A stretch of 64,000 nucleotides of DNA, from positions 78,074 through 142,073 of the forward strand of contig CAWKAR010000050.1 of NCBI GenBank assembly GCA_963847625.1. Direction: 5' to 3'. The position numbers and the translations under genes are program-made. The number at the start of each line of letters is the position of its first letter. Positions within the stretch are counted from its first letter, which is position 1. This document shows, one piece after another, positions 1 through 8,815 of the stretch. The notes beneath the pieces are model-generated. The model was not told the DNA's origin and searched no databases. It worked only from the letters and a program-made list of their open reading frames with translations. This DNA is from a candidate division FCPU426 bacterium. Lineage in GTDB: Bacteria; Oederibacteriota; Muellerivitia; Muellerivitales; Muellerivitaceae.

Positions 1-1
1 C

Positions 2-241
2 GGGGAAAAGGACGACATCCTGGATTATCTCTGCTCCGAGGCGCGACATTGTAAAGTACATTATCTTTGGAGGCCATGCTTAAAGGACCCGGGAGATGAC
101 ATGGTCCTGGAATTGGCCGTGGCTTCCGGAGCAAGTGGGATAGTTACTTTTAACAGACGGGATTTCAAAGGAATTGAGGCTTGGGGTTTAAAAATTTACA
201 CGCCCCAGAAAATATTGACGTTTTTGGGAGGACTAAAATGA
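2..241 (+). CDS. PIN-domain toxin, 3' part (truncated by window edge)
   Basis: Frame 2 reads ...YLWRPCLKDPGDDMVLELAVASGASGIVTFNRRDFKG...GLK*, with the D-P-x-D-D and T-x-N-x-x-D-F motifs of PIN toxins. Its stop overlaps the next start (ATGA). Confidence 0.8.
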   Translation, partial: GEKDDILDYLCSEARHCKVHYLWRPCLKDPGDDMVLELAVASGASGIVTFNRRDFKGIEAWGLKIYTPQKILTFLGGLK

Positions 242-477
242 GTGCTATCAGTTTGAGGTTGCCGAATACCCTTCACCGTTCCGTTCGTGAAATGGCTGAT
301 AAGGAGCATGTTTCCATCAATCAAATGATCACATTGGCCCTCGCGGAAAAAGTTTCAGCCTTGATGGCTGATGAATATTTAGGAAGCCGCGCAAGAAGTG
401 GAAGCCGGGCGAAATTCCTGAAGGCCATGGGCCGGGTAGGAAAAACAGAACCTGAGCCGAAGGACAAACTTCGTTAA
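238..477 (+). CDS. Ribbon-helix-helix (HicB-like) antitoxin
   Basis: ATG at 238 after GGAGG. SLRLPNTLH...VSINQMI is an RHH pattern. Translationally coupled to the PIN gene. Confidence 0.8.
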   Translation: MSAISLRLPNTLHRSVREMADKEHVSINQMITLALAEKVSALMADEYLGSRARSGSRAKFLKAMGRVGKTEPEPKDKLR

Positions 478-558
478 CTGTCCCCGATAAGCCTGGATGG
501 GTCAGTCTGGGCCAATAGGTCATCCATAGGCTGTCCACAGCGGGGACTCGCCGCGGGC

Positions 559-2406
559 TTAATCAGCGCGGGGCAGGGAACTGGCGGATCGCAGGACTTC
601 CAGGAAAGCGGGCCCGTAGCGCTTCAACTTGGTTTCACCCACGCCGGAGATTTGGGTGAACTCATTCAGGTTGGAGGGCCGCTGGGCGGCCATTTCGCGA
701 AGGGTGCTGTCGTGAAAAACGACGTAGGGCGGAAGGTTTTGCTCCTTGGCCAGGCTCGCCCGCAGGGAACGCAAGGCCTCAAAAAGGGAAGATTCCCGGC
801 CGTCCCAGGCGGCAGGCGGCCTTGCCGGGGATTTGCCCTTCCGAGAATCCCGTTTGGCCTTGCGGGGAGCCGGGTCTTCCCTCAACCACACCTTTTGTCC
901 CTCCTTCAAGACGGACCAGGATTTTGGATTCAGCTTAAAGGTGCCGTAGCCATCCAAGTCCACTTCGATATAATCCCCCGCGACCAATTGGCGGAATACC
1001 GAGTCCCAATTCCTTTTTTCCAATTCCTTGCCCACGCCGAAAACGCTCAACCAGGTATGGCCGAACTGGGCGGCCTTTTCCGTCTCCTTCCCCATCAGCA
1101 GGTCGATCAAGTGGCCGGCGCCGAAGCGCTGGCCCGTGCGGTAAATGCAGGAGAGGGCTTTTTGCGCGGCGACGGTGGCGTCCCAGGTCTTGGGGGGCTG
1201 AAGGCAGTTGTCGCAGCCGCCGCAGTTTCCCGGATGCTCCTCGCCGAAATAGGCCAGCAGGGACTGGCGGCGGCAGCGCACGGTCTCGCAAAGGCCCAGC
1301 ATGGCGTTGAGCTTTTGCCCGGCCAGGCGCTTGTAGGCTTCCTCCCCCTCCCCGCCCTGGATCATCCGCCGGAGCTTCACCACGTCGTCCAGGGAATAGG
1401 CCATCCAAGCCGAGGCGGGTTCTCCGTCGCGCCCCGCGCGGCCGGTTTCCTGGTAATAGGACTCCACGCTCTTGGGGATTCCCAAGTGGGCCACGAAGCG
1501 CACGTTGGGCTTGTCGATGCCCATTCCGAAAGCGATGGTCGCCACCATGACTAGCCCGTCCTCCCGGAGGAACCTGGCCTGGTGGCGGCGCCGCGCATCC
1601 GCCTCCATTCCGGCGTGGTAGGGCAGGGCTGGGACGCCCCTTTCCGAGAGCCAGGCGGCCGTTTCCTCGGTATTGGTCCGGCTCAGGACATAGACGATGC
1701 CGGCTTGGCCCGGATGGTTGGAACGGATGAAATCCAGCAACTGCTCCCGGCCCGCGCCCTTGACCGTGATTTGGTAGCGGATATTGGGCCGGTCGAAGCT
1801 GGAGGAGAAAACGGGGTCTTGCGCCAACCCCAACCGCTCGCGGATTTCTTTTTGCGTTTGGGGGTCCGCGGTGGCCGTCATGGCCACCAGGGGCACGGAG
1901 GCGAAATGCTCCCGCAGGCGGGCGATTTGGAGGTAATCGGGCCGGAAGTCATGCCCCCATTGGGAAACGCAGTGGGCCTCATCCACGGCGATGAGGCTTA
2001 AGGGAAGGCCGTGGATGAAATCCTGGAATCCGGGGGTGATGAGGGTCTCGGGAGCGGCGTAAAGCAGGTCCAATTCCCCCCGAAAGGCTCGTTCGCGGAT
2101 TTCGCCTTTTTGGCGGCCATCCAGGGTGGAGTTGTAAAAGGCGGCCGCCACCCCGTTCTGGACCAAGGCGTCGACCTGGTCCTGCATCAGGGCGATGAGG
2201 GGGGAAATGACCAGCCCCAATCCGGGCCTCAACATGGCTGGGATCTGGAAGCAGAGGCTTTTGCCGCCGCCGGTGGGCATCAGCACCAGGCAGGAACCGC
2301 CGTCCAGGACATGGCGGATGACGGCCTCCTGCCGGCCTCGAAAGGACGGGTATCCGAAGACGCGGTTGAGAAGGGAAAAGGGGGTGGTATTGGTTGAAGG
2401 TTTCAT
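559..2406 (-). CDS. recQ: ATP-dependent DNA helicase RecQ
   Basis: [23 protein letters not shown] and [10 protein letters not shown] motifs, Zn-binding cysteines, RQC and HRDC regions. Confidence 0.97.
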   Translation of the reverse strand: MKPSTNTTPFSLLNRVFGYPSFRGRQEAVIRHVLDGGSCLVLMPTGGGKSLCFQIPAMLRPGLGLVISPLIALMQDQVDALVQNGVAAAFYNSTLDGRQKGEIRERAFRGELDLLYAAPETLITPGFQDFIHGLPLSLIAVDEAHCVSQWGHDFRPDYLQIARLREHFASVPLVAMTATADPQTQKEIRERLGLAQDPVFSSSFDRPNIRYQITVKGAGREQLLDFIRSNHPGQAGIVYVLSRTNTEETAAWLSERGVPALPYHAGMEADARRRHQARFLREDGLVMVATIAFGMGIDKPNVRFVAHLGIPKSVESYYQETGRAGRDGEPASAWMAYSLDDVVKLRRMIQGGEGEEAYKRLAGQKLNAMLGLCETVRCRRQSLLAYFGEEHPGNCGGCDNCLQPPKTWDATVAAQKALSCIYRTGQRFGAGHLIDLLMGKETEKAAQFGHTWLSVFGVGKELEKRNWDSVFRQLVAGDYIEVDLDGYGTFKLNPKSWSVLKEGQKVWLREDPAPRKAKRDSRKGKSPARPPAAWDGRESSLFEALRSLRASLAKEQNLPPYVVFHDSTLREMAAQRPSNLNEFTQISGVGETKLKRYGPAFLEVLRSASSLPRAD

Positions 2407-2478
2407 AGGGGGCGGTTACCGTCGGTTCGATTTCAAACCCCGACATGATAACGCCCCGTTGGAGGCGGTTCTAGCGAT

Positions 2479-2573
2479 CTGCCAGTAGGAGCCGTGGAAC
2501 CTGCCAGTAGGAAGCCCGATCTGCCAGTAGAACCTCCGAAACCTGCCAGTAGGAGGCCGGATTCTGCCAGTAG
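2479..2573. repeat. Five copies of CTGCCAGTAG at 20-22 bp spacing
   Basis: Exact decamer starts at 2479, 2501, 2521, 2543 and 2564. Confidence 0.9.
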
Positions 2574-2636
2574 GTTCCTGCTGAATGTGGGCGGGTTATC
2601 TCCACAGATTTCTTATAAATCTGCACTGGCAATCAT

Positions 2637-2661
2637 TGCCCTCGGCTTGAAGCCTCGGGCA
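2637..2661. repeat. REP-like hairpin TGCCC-TC-GGCT-TGA-AGCC-TC-GGGCA
   Basis: Imperfect palindrome; 18/19 nt of its core recur at 4574-4592. Confidence 0.7.
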
Positions 2662-2677
2662 GCCAGCCCCTACCGGT

Positions 2678-2965
2678 AAATGACACTGGGTTTATGGGCG
2701 GGTTATCTCCCCTGCCGGCAAATGATACTGGGTTTGCGGGCGGGTTATCCCCCCTGTCGGCAAATGACACCGGGTTTGTGGGCGGGTTATCCCCCCTGTC
2801 GGCAAATGACACTGGGTTTGTGGGCGGGTTATCCTCCCTGCCGGTAAATGACACTGGGTTTGTGGACGGGTTATCTCCCCCTGCCGACAAATGACACTGG
2901 GAATGTGGGCGGTTTATCCTCCCTTCCGGCAGATGACACTGGGAATGTGGGCGGGTTATCCCCCC
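2678..2965. repeat. Seven tandem ~42-bp repeats (AAATGACACTGGGTTTGTGGGCGGGTTATCCCCCCTGYCGGC)
   Basis: Units start at 2678, 2720, 2762, 2804, 2846, 2889 and 2931. Confidence 0.95.
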
Positions 2966-2967
2966 AT

Positions 2968-3176
2968 ACTGGGTTACTCGCCTTTTATACTGGGTTGCTG
3001 GCTTCCAATAAAGGGTTCGCGGCTTCCAGCACTGGGTTCGCGGTTTCCAGCACTGGGTTCGCGGCTTCCAGCACTGGGTTCGCGGCTTCCAGCACTGGGT
3101 TCGCGGTTTCCAGCACTGGGTTCGCGGCTTCCAGCACTGGGTTCGCGGCCTCCAGCACTGGGTTCGCGGCCCTGTG
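2968..3176. repeat. Ten tandem 21-bp repeats (ACTGGGTTCGCGGCTTCCAGC); array resumes at 4540 beyond the IS
   Basis: Exact 21-bp period from 2968 to 3157; the first three units are degenerate. Confidence 0.95.
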
Positions 3177-4530
3177 GGTAGTGTATTTTTGGGGGGTGTA
3201 AAAAGAAGCGGGCGTAACATGGTGTTTGTCTAGAACGCCATATCCTTTTTGTGAAAGGAAGTTACGCCCATGAAGAATATACACCTAGCCTTACAGGCCT
3301 TGGCAAGAGAGAAAACTCAAGCCTGGGTGAAATCTGTGGTTGGAAGCCGTGAGGTCGGCGAATGGGTAGGAGAAGCCCTGAATCAACAACTTTCGGAGGC
3401 TTTCAACGCCCAGTTGAGGAAAGAACGGGATGAAGCGTTGAATCGCCAGCCATATGAAAGGCAGGAAGGAAGCCGGTATCGCAATGGGTTCAAGCGGATC
3501 CTAGTTGCTGGATTTCTGGGACCTTTGGTGCTGAAAAAGCCAGTTTTGAGGAAAGGCGGATTTGTTTCGGAAACTCTGACGGCATTGAGAGCTGGAAGCC
3601 AAGCCTTGGTGGGATTTCTGGGAATGAAGTTCTGGCTAAAGGGGGCTTCCACCCGGTCGGTGGCGGCAGGGCTAAACGAGGCCTTTGGAACTAAGCTGAC
3701 AGCCAATCACGTTAGCCAGATGACCAATGCCTTAAAACCTACCCTGGAAGCCTGGGCTAAACGGCTATTACCCACCGGGATTCAATACTTGTACTTGGAT
3801 GCCCTTTACCTGACGGTCAGGCGACAGGAAGCCGGTGTGAAACAAGCTTTGCTGGTGGCCATCGGGGTGGATGGGAACCTGAAGAGGCATTTTCTGGGGT
3901 ACATGGTGGGAGACCGTGAAAGTGAGTCGGCCTGGGAAGCCATGTTGGAAGACTTGTTGAACAGAGGCTTAGACAGAAAAAGCTTACGAATGGTGGTATC
4001 CGACGCCCACGGTGGAATTGTCGCGGCGGTGAAAAATCGTCTTGGAATCCCCCATCAATTATGCTTGGTACACAAGATGGAAAACGTCCGGTGTCGAGTG
4101 GCCCAGAAGGACAGAAAGGCATTCATGGCTGATTTCAAAGCGGTGTATTGGGCCGAAAGTCGAGAGAACGCCTTGGTGGCACTAGGAAGTCTCAAGGCTA
4201 AGTGGGCCAAAACCTATCCCAAAGCAGTGGAGATGGCAGAGGAAAAATTCGACTCCTATACGCAGTTTTTCCAGGAAGACCGGAAGTTTTGGAAGATTAC
4301 CCGCACCAGCAACCTAATCGAACGGCTTAACGAGGAGTTAAGGAAAAGGCTGAGGCCAGCGGGGATGATGCAGAACGAGCTGGAGATCGCCAAGTTGGTG
4401 TGGGGGGTAACCGAAACCCAACAACAAAATTGGAACAAGACTAAAGCCTACACCTCAAGAAGGGAGGCGGAGGTTCAAGCTGCTTGATTAAGACGCCCGT
4501 GGAAATTTACACCCAAAATATTGACGCAGG
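3177..4530 (+). mobile_element. IS256-family insertion sequence, ~1354 bp
   Basis: Transposase ORF; imperfect terminal IRs sharing GGGTGTAAA-N6-CGGGCGT; GGCCCTGTG duplicated at 3168-3176 and 4531-4539. Confidence 0.92.
3270..4487 (+). CDS. IS256/Mutator-family DDE transposase
   Basis: YRNG, YLYLDA, VVSDAH, QLCLVH and TSNLIERLNEE motifs. Confidence 0.95.
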   Translation: MKNIHLALQALAREKTQAWVKSVVGSREVGEWVGEALNQQLSEAFNAQLRKERDEALNRQPYERQEGSRYRNGFKRILVAGFLGPLVLKKPVLRKGGFVSETLTALRAGSQALVGFLGMKFWLKGASTRSVAAGLNEAFGTKLTANHVSQMTNALKPTLEAWAKRLLPTGIQYLYLDALYLTVRRQEAGVKQALLVAIGVDGNLKRHFLGYMVGDRESESAWEAMLEDLLNRGLDRKSLRMVVSDAHGGIVAAVKNRLGIPHQLCLVHKMENVRCRVAQKDRKAFMADFKAVYWAESRENALVALGSLKAKWAKTYPKAVEMAEEKFDSYTQFFQEDRKFWKITRTSNLIERLNEELRKRLRPAGMMQNELEIAKLVWGVTETQQQNWNKTKAYTSRREAEVQAA

Positions 4531-4573
4531 GGCCCTGTGCACTGGGTCCGGGAGTCCTGCCCCAAAACGGGAA

Positions 4574-4592
4574 CCTCGGCTTGAAACCTCGG
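4574..4592. repeat. Second, degenerate copy of the REP-like hairpin core
   Basis: CCTCGGCTTGAAACCTCGG versus CCTCGGCTTGAAGCCTCGG at 2640-2658. Confidence 0.7.
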
Positions 4593-4628
4593 ACCAGAGG
4601 AAGAAGAAGGAAGATTCCAAATAAACGG

Positions 4629-5090
4629 TTAGAGGTCCTCGGGTTGGATAACCCAAAGCAGTGCGTTCTTTTCCCCGGTCCTTTCCAGGGCGACGACGCC
4701 GGCAGCGGGAAAATCAAAAGCCTCCGGATGGTCCTGGAAATCCAAGAAGTGGGCCAACAGGGTTTTTATAAAAGGGAGGTGGCTGACCAGCATCAAGTCG
4801 CCTGAGAACTTGTAGATTTCCCGGAAGATTTCCGTGTCGCTTCCCTCGGGGACCAGTCCTTTCTTCACAACCAGGGCCTCGGGGGGAAGTCCCAGCAATC
4901 CCTGGATGATCCCGGCGGTCTGGGCCGCCCTGGGCAGGGGGCTGTGCCAAATCGTGAGGGGGGTCATTTTTTTCTTCTTCAGGGATAACCCCACCTTGGC
5001 CACATTTTTCTCGCCTTTGGGGGTCAAGACCGAGGGTTTCCCCTCGCCGGGGGACGCGGCGTTTCCGTGGCGCATCAAATAGAGTTTCAT
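4629..5090 (-). CDS. sixA: Phosphohistidine phosphatase SixA
   Basis: LYLMRHG, SPLPRAAQTA and LVSHLP motifs. Confidence 0.9.
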   Translation of the reverse strand: MKLYLMRHGNAASPGEGKPSVLTPKGEKNVAKVGLSLKKKKMTPLTIWHSPLPRAAQTAGIIQGLLGLPPEALVVKKGLVPEGSDTEIFREIYKFSGDLMLVSHLPFIKTLLAHFLDFQDHPEAFDFPAAGVVALERTGEKNALLWVIQPEDL

Positions 5091-5617
5091 TTATTTACTT
5101 TCCTTCCCACGAACTCCTCCAGGTGCACGAAATTGCGTAAATGGGGCATCCGGTCGATGTAGAAGTTCCCGTTCAAGTGGTCCACCTCGTGCTGGAGGAC
5201 CCTGGCCTCGAATCCTTTCAGCGTCTTGCGCACTTTATTGCCTCCCAAAGTCAGGGCCTCGAAGGTGACACTGTAAGAACGGGGAACCAGGCCCCGATAG
5301 CCGGGAATGCTCAAACATCCTTCCCAGTCCTCCTGGGTCTTTTTTGAGTATTTTACGATGCGCGCGTTCAAGTAGACCTGGAGCGGGAAGTGGGGCTGGC
5401 CCGGATAGCGTTTGTTGCCCCGGCACTCCATCACCAGGATCCGGCGGCCGTCCCCCACCTGGTTGGCGGCGAGCCCGACGCCCTGGGCCTGGCGCATGGT
5501 CACGGCCATTATCGCCGCGAAGGTTTTAACCTTGGCTGAAACCGCCTCGCGGGGTGATACATCCCGGGATCTTTTCCGCAAGACGGGCCGCCCGATTTTA
5601 ACGATGATTTGCCGCAT
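5087..5617 (-). CDS. def: Peptide deformylase
   Basis: GVGLAANQ, EGCLS and HEVDH motifs. Start placed at ATG 5617 after AAGGA. Confidence 0.95.
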   Translation of the reverse strand: MRQIIVKIGRPVLRKRSRDVSPREAVSAKVKTFAAIMAVTMRQAQGVGLAANQVGDGRRILVMECRGNKRYPGQPHFPLQVYLNARIVKYSKKTQEDWEGCLSIPGYRGLVPRSYSVTFEALTLGGNKVRKTLKGFEARVLQHEVDHLNGNFYIDRMPHLRNFVHLEEFVGRKVNK

Positions 5618-5946
5618 AAAAAAAGTTTCCTTATGCTTTATCTTTTTCCGAGCCCTTACACCCATCACCTTCTTAATTTACCACGACGGGAGAGAAGTCC
5701 GAATTCCAGCTTCATTTTATTTCATTTTCCTAAAAAGACCTAAAAGGGATGGGGCTTTTGACGATGGGAACCAATGGCAAGGGATGAAGTGAAGGATGAA
5801 ATAAGACCCGATTTTCATCCGAAAGTCCTAAAATATATTGTAAGGGTTTGGTAATTTTATCGGATTTTTAAATGCTGAATGGAATAAAGACCTTTTTTAA
5901 CACGCTATTAAATAAAGGAACCCTGCAGCCAAAGGGATAAGTTGAT

Positions 5947-7275
5947 ATGAAAACCCGGGTTATTTTGTTTTTTCAATTTTTAGCGGCATTTATTGCCATG
6001 AGTTTAGCCGCTCAAGGTTGGGCCCAAAACATCATCGAGACGGATCTCGGGACACAACCACCCTCGATATTGGTCCAAAATCTCATGGGCGGCGGAATAG
6101 CCTTCAGCAACGTGATCTACCAGGGTACGGTGGAGTCGGCCGGCACCTTCACCGGGGGGAACGGCATCATCGGGTTTGATTCGGGAATCATCCTCAGTAC
6201 AGGACTTGCCGCCAGCGTCGTGGGCCCCAACGATCCGGGCGAGTGGTCCAACGATAACGGGGTGGCCGGTGACCCGGATTTAACAGCCCTTGCGGGTGGT
6301 GTTGACACCTATGACGCGACGGTCCTTTCCTTTGATTTTGTCCCGACTTACAACACGATTTCCTTTCAATACGTATTCGCCTCGGAAGAATATAACGCGT
6401 TCGTGGACTCGAGTTACAACGATGTTTTCGGTTTTTTCCTCAACGGGACCAACGTGGCCCTCATCCCCGGCACCACCACGATCGTGTCGGTCAACAATGT
6501 CAACGACTGCGTCAATTCCTCCTATTACATCGACAACGTCGGGAGTTCGCAGAACGGCGGATGCGCATTAAACGTCGCCTCGGCGAACCTGAACACCGCC
6601 ATGAACGGGTTAACCACGGTAATAACCGTGAACGCGCCCGTGAATCCGGGCGTGAACAATCATATCAAACTGGCCATCGCGGATGTGGCAGACGCATATT
6701 TGGACTCGAATGTCTTCATCCGCTCCAACAGTTTCGCCAGCGTCCTCACAAACACGCCAACGGCCACACCAACGGCAACCACCTCTCCCGCCCCGTCACC
6801 GACCCCGACCGATACACCCACGTTTACTTTTACGCCAACCGATACACCCACGTTTACTATTACGCCAACCGATACACCGACTTTCACTTCGACTCTTTCT
6901 TTTACCCCCACAGATTCTTTCACGCCGACGGCTTCTTTCACGCCGACAGCTTCTTTTACGCCCACTTCTTCTTTCACTCCAACAGTTACGCCCACGCCCA
7001 CTTGCGAAGTCCTTGTTTGGCCCGATCCCTATAACCCGGGCCGCGCGGTGGGAGGGGTGTTCAAGGTCAGTTGCATGCCCCCAGGCGCGGTCGTGAGCAT
7101 CTATACGCTCTCGGGCGAATACGTGAACCAGGCCGGGGAGTTGCGCGGAATGGTTGTTTGGGATGGCCGGAGCCAGTACGGTTCATACGTGTCATCCGGT
7201 GTCTATTATTATGTAGCCCAGCAAGGCGGAAAAACCCTCAAGAAGGGCAAGTTCCTGGTGACGAACGGTTATTGA
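5947..7275 (+). CDS. Secreted protein: choice-of-anchor-L-like domain, short Thr-rich stalk, FlgD/T9SS-like C-terminal domain
   Basis: Signal peptide; [23 protein letters not shown] and IKLAIAD motifs; (T-X)n for ~85 aa; ends WPDPYNP...IYTLSGE...WDG...SGVYYY...KFLV. Confidence 0.85.
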   Translation: MKTRVILFFQFLAAFIAMSLAAQGWAQNIIETDLGTQPPSILVQNLMGGGIAFSNVIYQGTVESAGTFTGGNGIIGFDSGIILSTGLAASVVGPNDPGEWSNDNGVAGDPDLTALAGGVDTYDATVLSFDFVPTYNTISFQYVFASEEYNAFVDSSYNDVFGFFLNGTNVALIPGTTTIVSVNNVNDCVNSSYYIDNVGSSQNGGCALNVASANLNTAMNGLTTVITVNAPVNPGVNNHIKLAIADVADAYLDSNVFIRSNSFASVLTNTPTATPTATTSPAPSPTPTDTPTFTFTPTDTPTFTITPTDTPTFTSTLSFTPTDSFTPTASFTPTASFTPTSSFTPTVTPTPTCEVLVWPDPYNPGRAVGGVFKVSCMPPGAVVSIYTLSGEYVNQAGELRGMVVWDGRSQYGSYVSSGVYYYVAQQGGKTLKKGKFLVTNGY

Positions 7276-7407
7276 ACGGATAAGCCCGATATTTTATATT
7301 TGCAAGCATTGTTGTCCAAATAAAACAAAATCCAATGAACAAAGATAAATAAAATCAGTAATTCTTTAGTCTAAAAGACGTTAAGCAAAACCTAGTTCTA
7401 CGCCACA

Positions 7408-7481
7408 TGCCAATCTTCCATGAAGCTTATAAAGAGATTGGTATAGTACTGATCACATTATATTTTTATGGATGATCAGCA
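7408..7481 (+). mobile_element. 74-bp double-hairpin MITE-like element, copy 1
   Basis: TGCC..GGTA-TAG-TACT..AGCA, flanked by CA on both sides. Confidence 0.7.
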
Positions 7482-7496
7482 CAGATTCAGGGGATG

Positions 7497-7574
7497 TGCC
7501 GATTCACCCCCAAAGCAGTTAAGGAAATCGGTACTATACCGAACTTTCATTGAAAGCTTTAATGAGGTTCGGCA
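7497..7574 (-). mobile_element. 78-bp double-hairpin MITE-like element, copy 2 (inverted)
   Basis: TGCC..GGTA-CTA-TACC..GGCA, flanked by TG on both sides. The AAGCTT-containing hairpin is on the opposite side relative to copies 1 and 3. Confidence 0.7.
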
Positions 7575-7644
7575 TGAACTCGGATTGGCCAAAGAAAAAA
7601 GGCTTTAAATATTTATGTTTATTAAATCCCATGAATCCCATGTA

Positions 7645-7718
7645 TGCCAGCCTTCTATAAAGCTTTTAATGGGGCTGGTATCATACCGATCTCATTATGT
7701 TTTTATGGATGATCGGCA
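7645..7718 (+). mobile_element. 74-bp double-hairpin MITE-like element, copy 3
   Basis: TGCC..GGTA-TCA-TACC..GGCA, flanked by TA on both sides; 59/74 identical to copy 1 by hand alignment. Confidence 0.7.
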
Positions 7719-7818
7719 TATCCGTGGCTAGGTGTATTTTGGACAGGTGTGATTCGTAAGAGCAAACCGGAAGATTAAGCCAGCCGTAAATACCGAATTT
7801 ATTCCCCAAAGGATCAAC

Positions 7819-8283
7819 GTGAAGATTGAAATCAGGCCTTTTCGCCCTAAAGATGAAAAAGCGGTCATTGGCTTGTGGCGGGAATGCCGCCTAGTAGTGC
7901 CCGAGAACGACCCGGCGAAGGATATCCGGCGGAAAAAGAACGAACACCCTGAGCTATTCCTGGTCGCCCTGGCGGACGGCGAACTGGTGGGAAGCGTCAT
8001 GGGCGGATACGATGGGCACCGGGGGGCCGTCAATTACCTGGCGGTGAAGCCGGCCATGCAGAGGCAGGGAATCGGCCGGAAGCTGATGGCCGAATTGGAA
8101 GCTAAATTGAATAAACTCGGTTGTGCCAAGATCAACCTTTTCGTGCGCGTGGGAAACGCCGGAGTCGGCGCCTTTTACGGGAAAATCGGGTTCGGGAAGA
8201 ACAAGACCGCCATTGCCTATGAAAAAAGACTCATTAACGACGGTCTGAAAAATAAAAAAACCGGCCGGACGGCGGCCGTCTGA
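7819..8283 (+). CDS. GNAT acetyltransferase (YpeA-like)
   Basis: GSVMGGYDGHRG, QRQGIG and GCAKINL motifs. Confidence 0.9.
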   Translation: MKIEIRPFRPKDEKAVIGLWRECRLVVPENDPAKDIRRKKNEHPELFLVALADGELVGSVMGGYDGHRGAVNYLAVKPAMQRQGIGRKLMAELEAKLNKLGCAKINLFVRVGNAGVGAFYGKIGFGKNKTAIAYEKRLINDGLKNKKTGRTAAV

Positions 8284-8320
8284 AATGATTTTTAGGACCT
8301 CCGCCCGGGCTGGGACCGTG

Positions 8321-8488
8321 CTATTTTTTTGGACCCGCAAAATACCAGATGATCAATCCGATTAAAGGCAACACCAGAACCACCAACACCCACAAAACCT
8401 TCGCTCCAACAGAAACCTTGCTCTTGACTATATTGATTATGGCCCATATGTCGGCTATGAGAATCAAAATTCCAATGATACTTCTCAT
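8321..8488 (-). CDS. 55-aa two-TM protein of the PLDc N-terminal type (not in the ORF track)
   Basis: MRSIIGILILIADIWAIINIVKSKVSVGAKVLWVLVVLVLPLIGLIIWYFAGPKK, preceded by an AAGGAG Shine-Dalgarno. Confidence 0.85.
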   Translation of the reverse strand: MRSIIGILILIADIWAIINIVKSKVSVGAKVLWVLVVLVLPLIGLIIWYFAGPKK

Positions 8489-8815
8489 AAATTAAATCTC
8501 CTTGGTTCCTGAACGAATACCTAAAAATCCGGCTGGCGTATCTTGCCGGGAGTTGCCTGTTCAGGGTTTATATTGCTGAAGCCGCCACCATCAGAAAGAG
8601 TTTATAGGCCGCGCGGGTTTGAATCAATCGCCTAAATTGCCTTGCGGAAAAGGGTTTGGACATCAAAAACAGGAGACATTTTTGATGTATCCATTTTTCC
8701 GGATTTTAGGCAATTAAGGCTGGAACTTTAATGGGGAAAGGTTAGAAACTCGGGGAATTCAAGCCATCACTAGACGAACCTATTATTCCTTAATGAATAA
8801 CGGTTCTCCGGTTCT

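Larger units (their letters stand above)
7402..7730. repeat. Palindromic intergenic host repeat (GCCACAGAT...ATCCGTGGC) interrupted by three insertions
   Basis: After removing the three inserts, both ends match the reverse complement of 9788-9911. Confidence 0.85.

Noticed and set aside
480..547. Long imperfect hairpin between the antitoxin gene and recQ
   Set aside because: Single copy between convergent genes; most simply a terminator-like structure.
2678..3176. Possible CRISPR array
   Set aside because: Units are contiguous with no unique spacers, and no cas genes are present.
2633..3284. ORFs with RTQCWKP, NPVLEAA or STGFAAS repeats
   Set aside because: By-products of 21/42-bp repeats that are open in several frames; they cross the IS end and lack convincing starts.
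7402..7730. Integron attC sites or a mini-CRISPR
   Set aside because: No RYYYAAC/GTTRRRY boxes and no cassette ORFs; the intervening DNA is the split host repeat.
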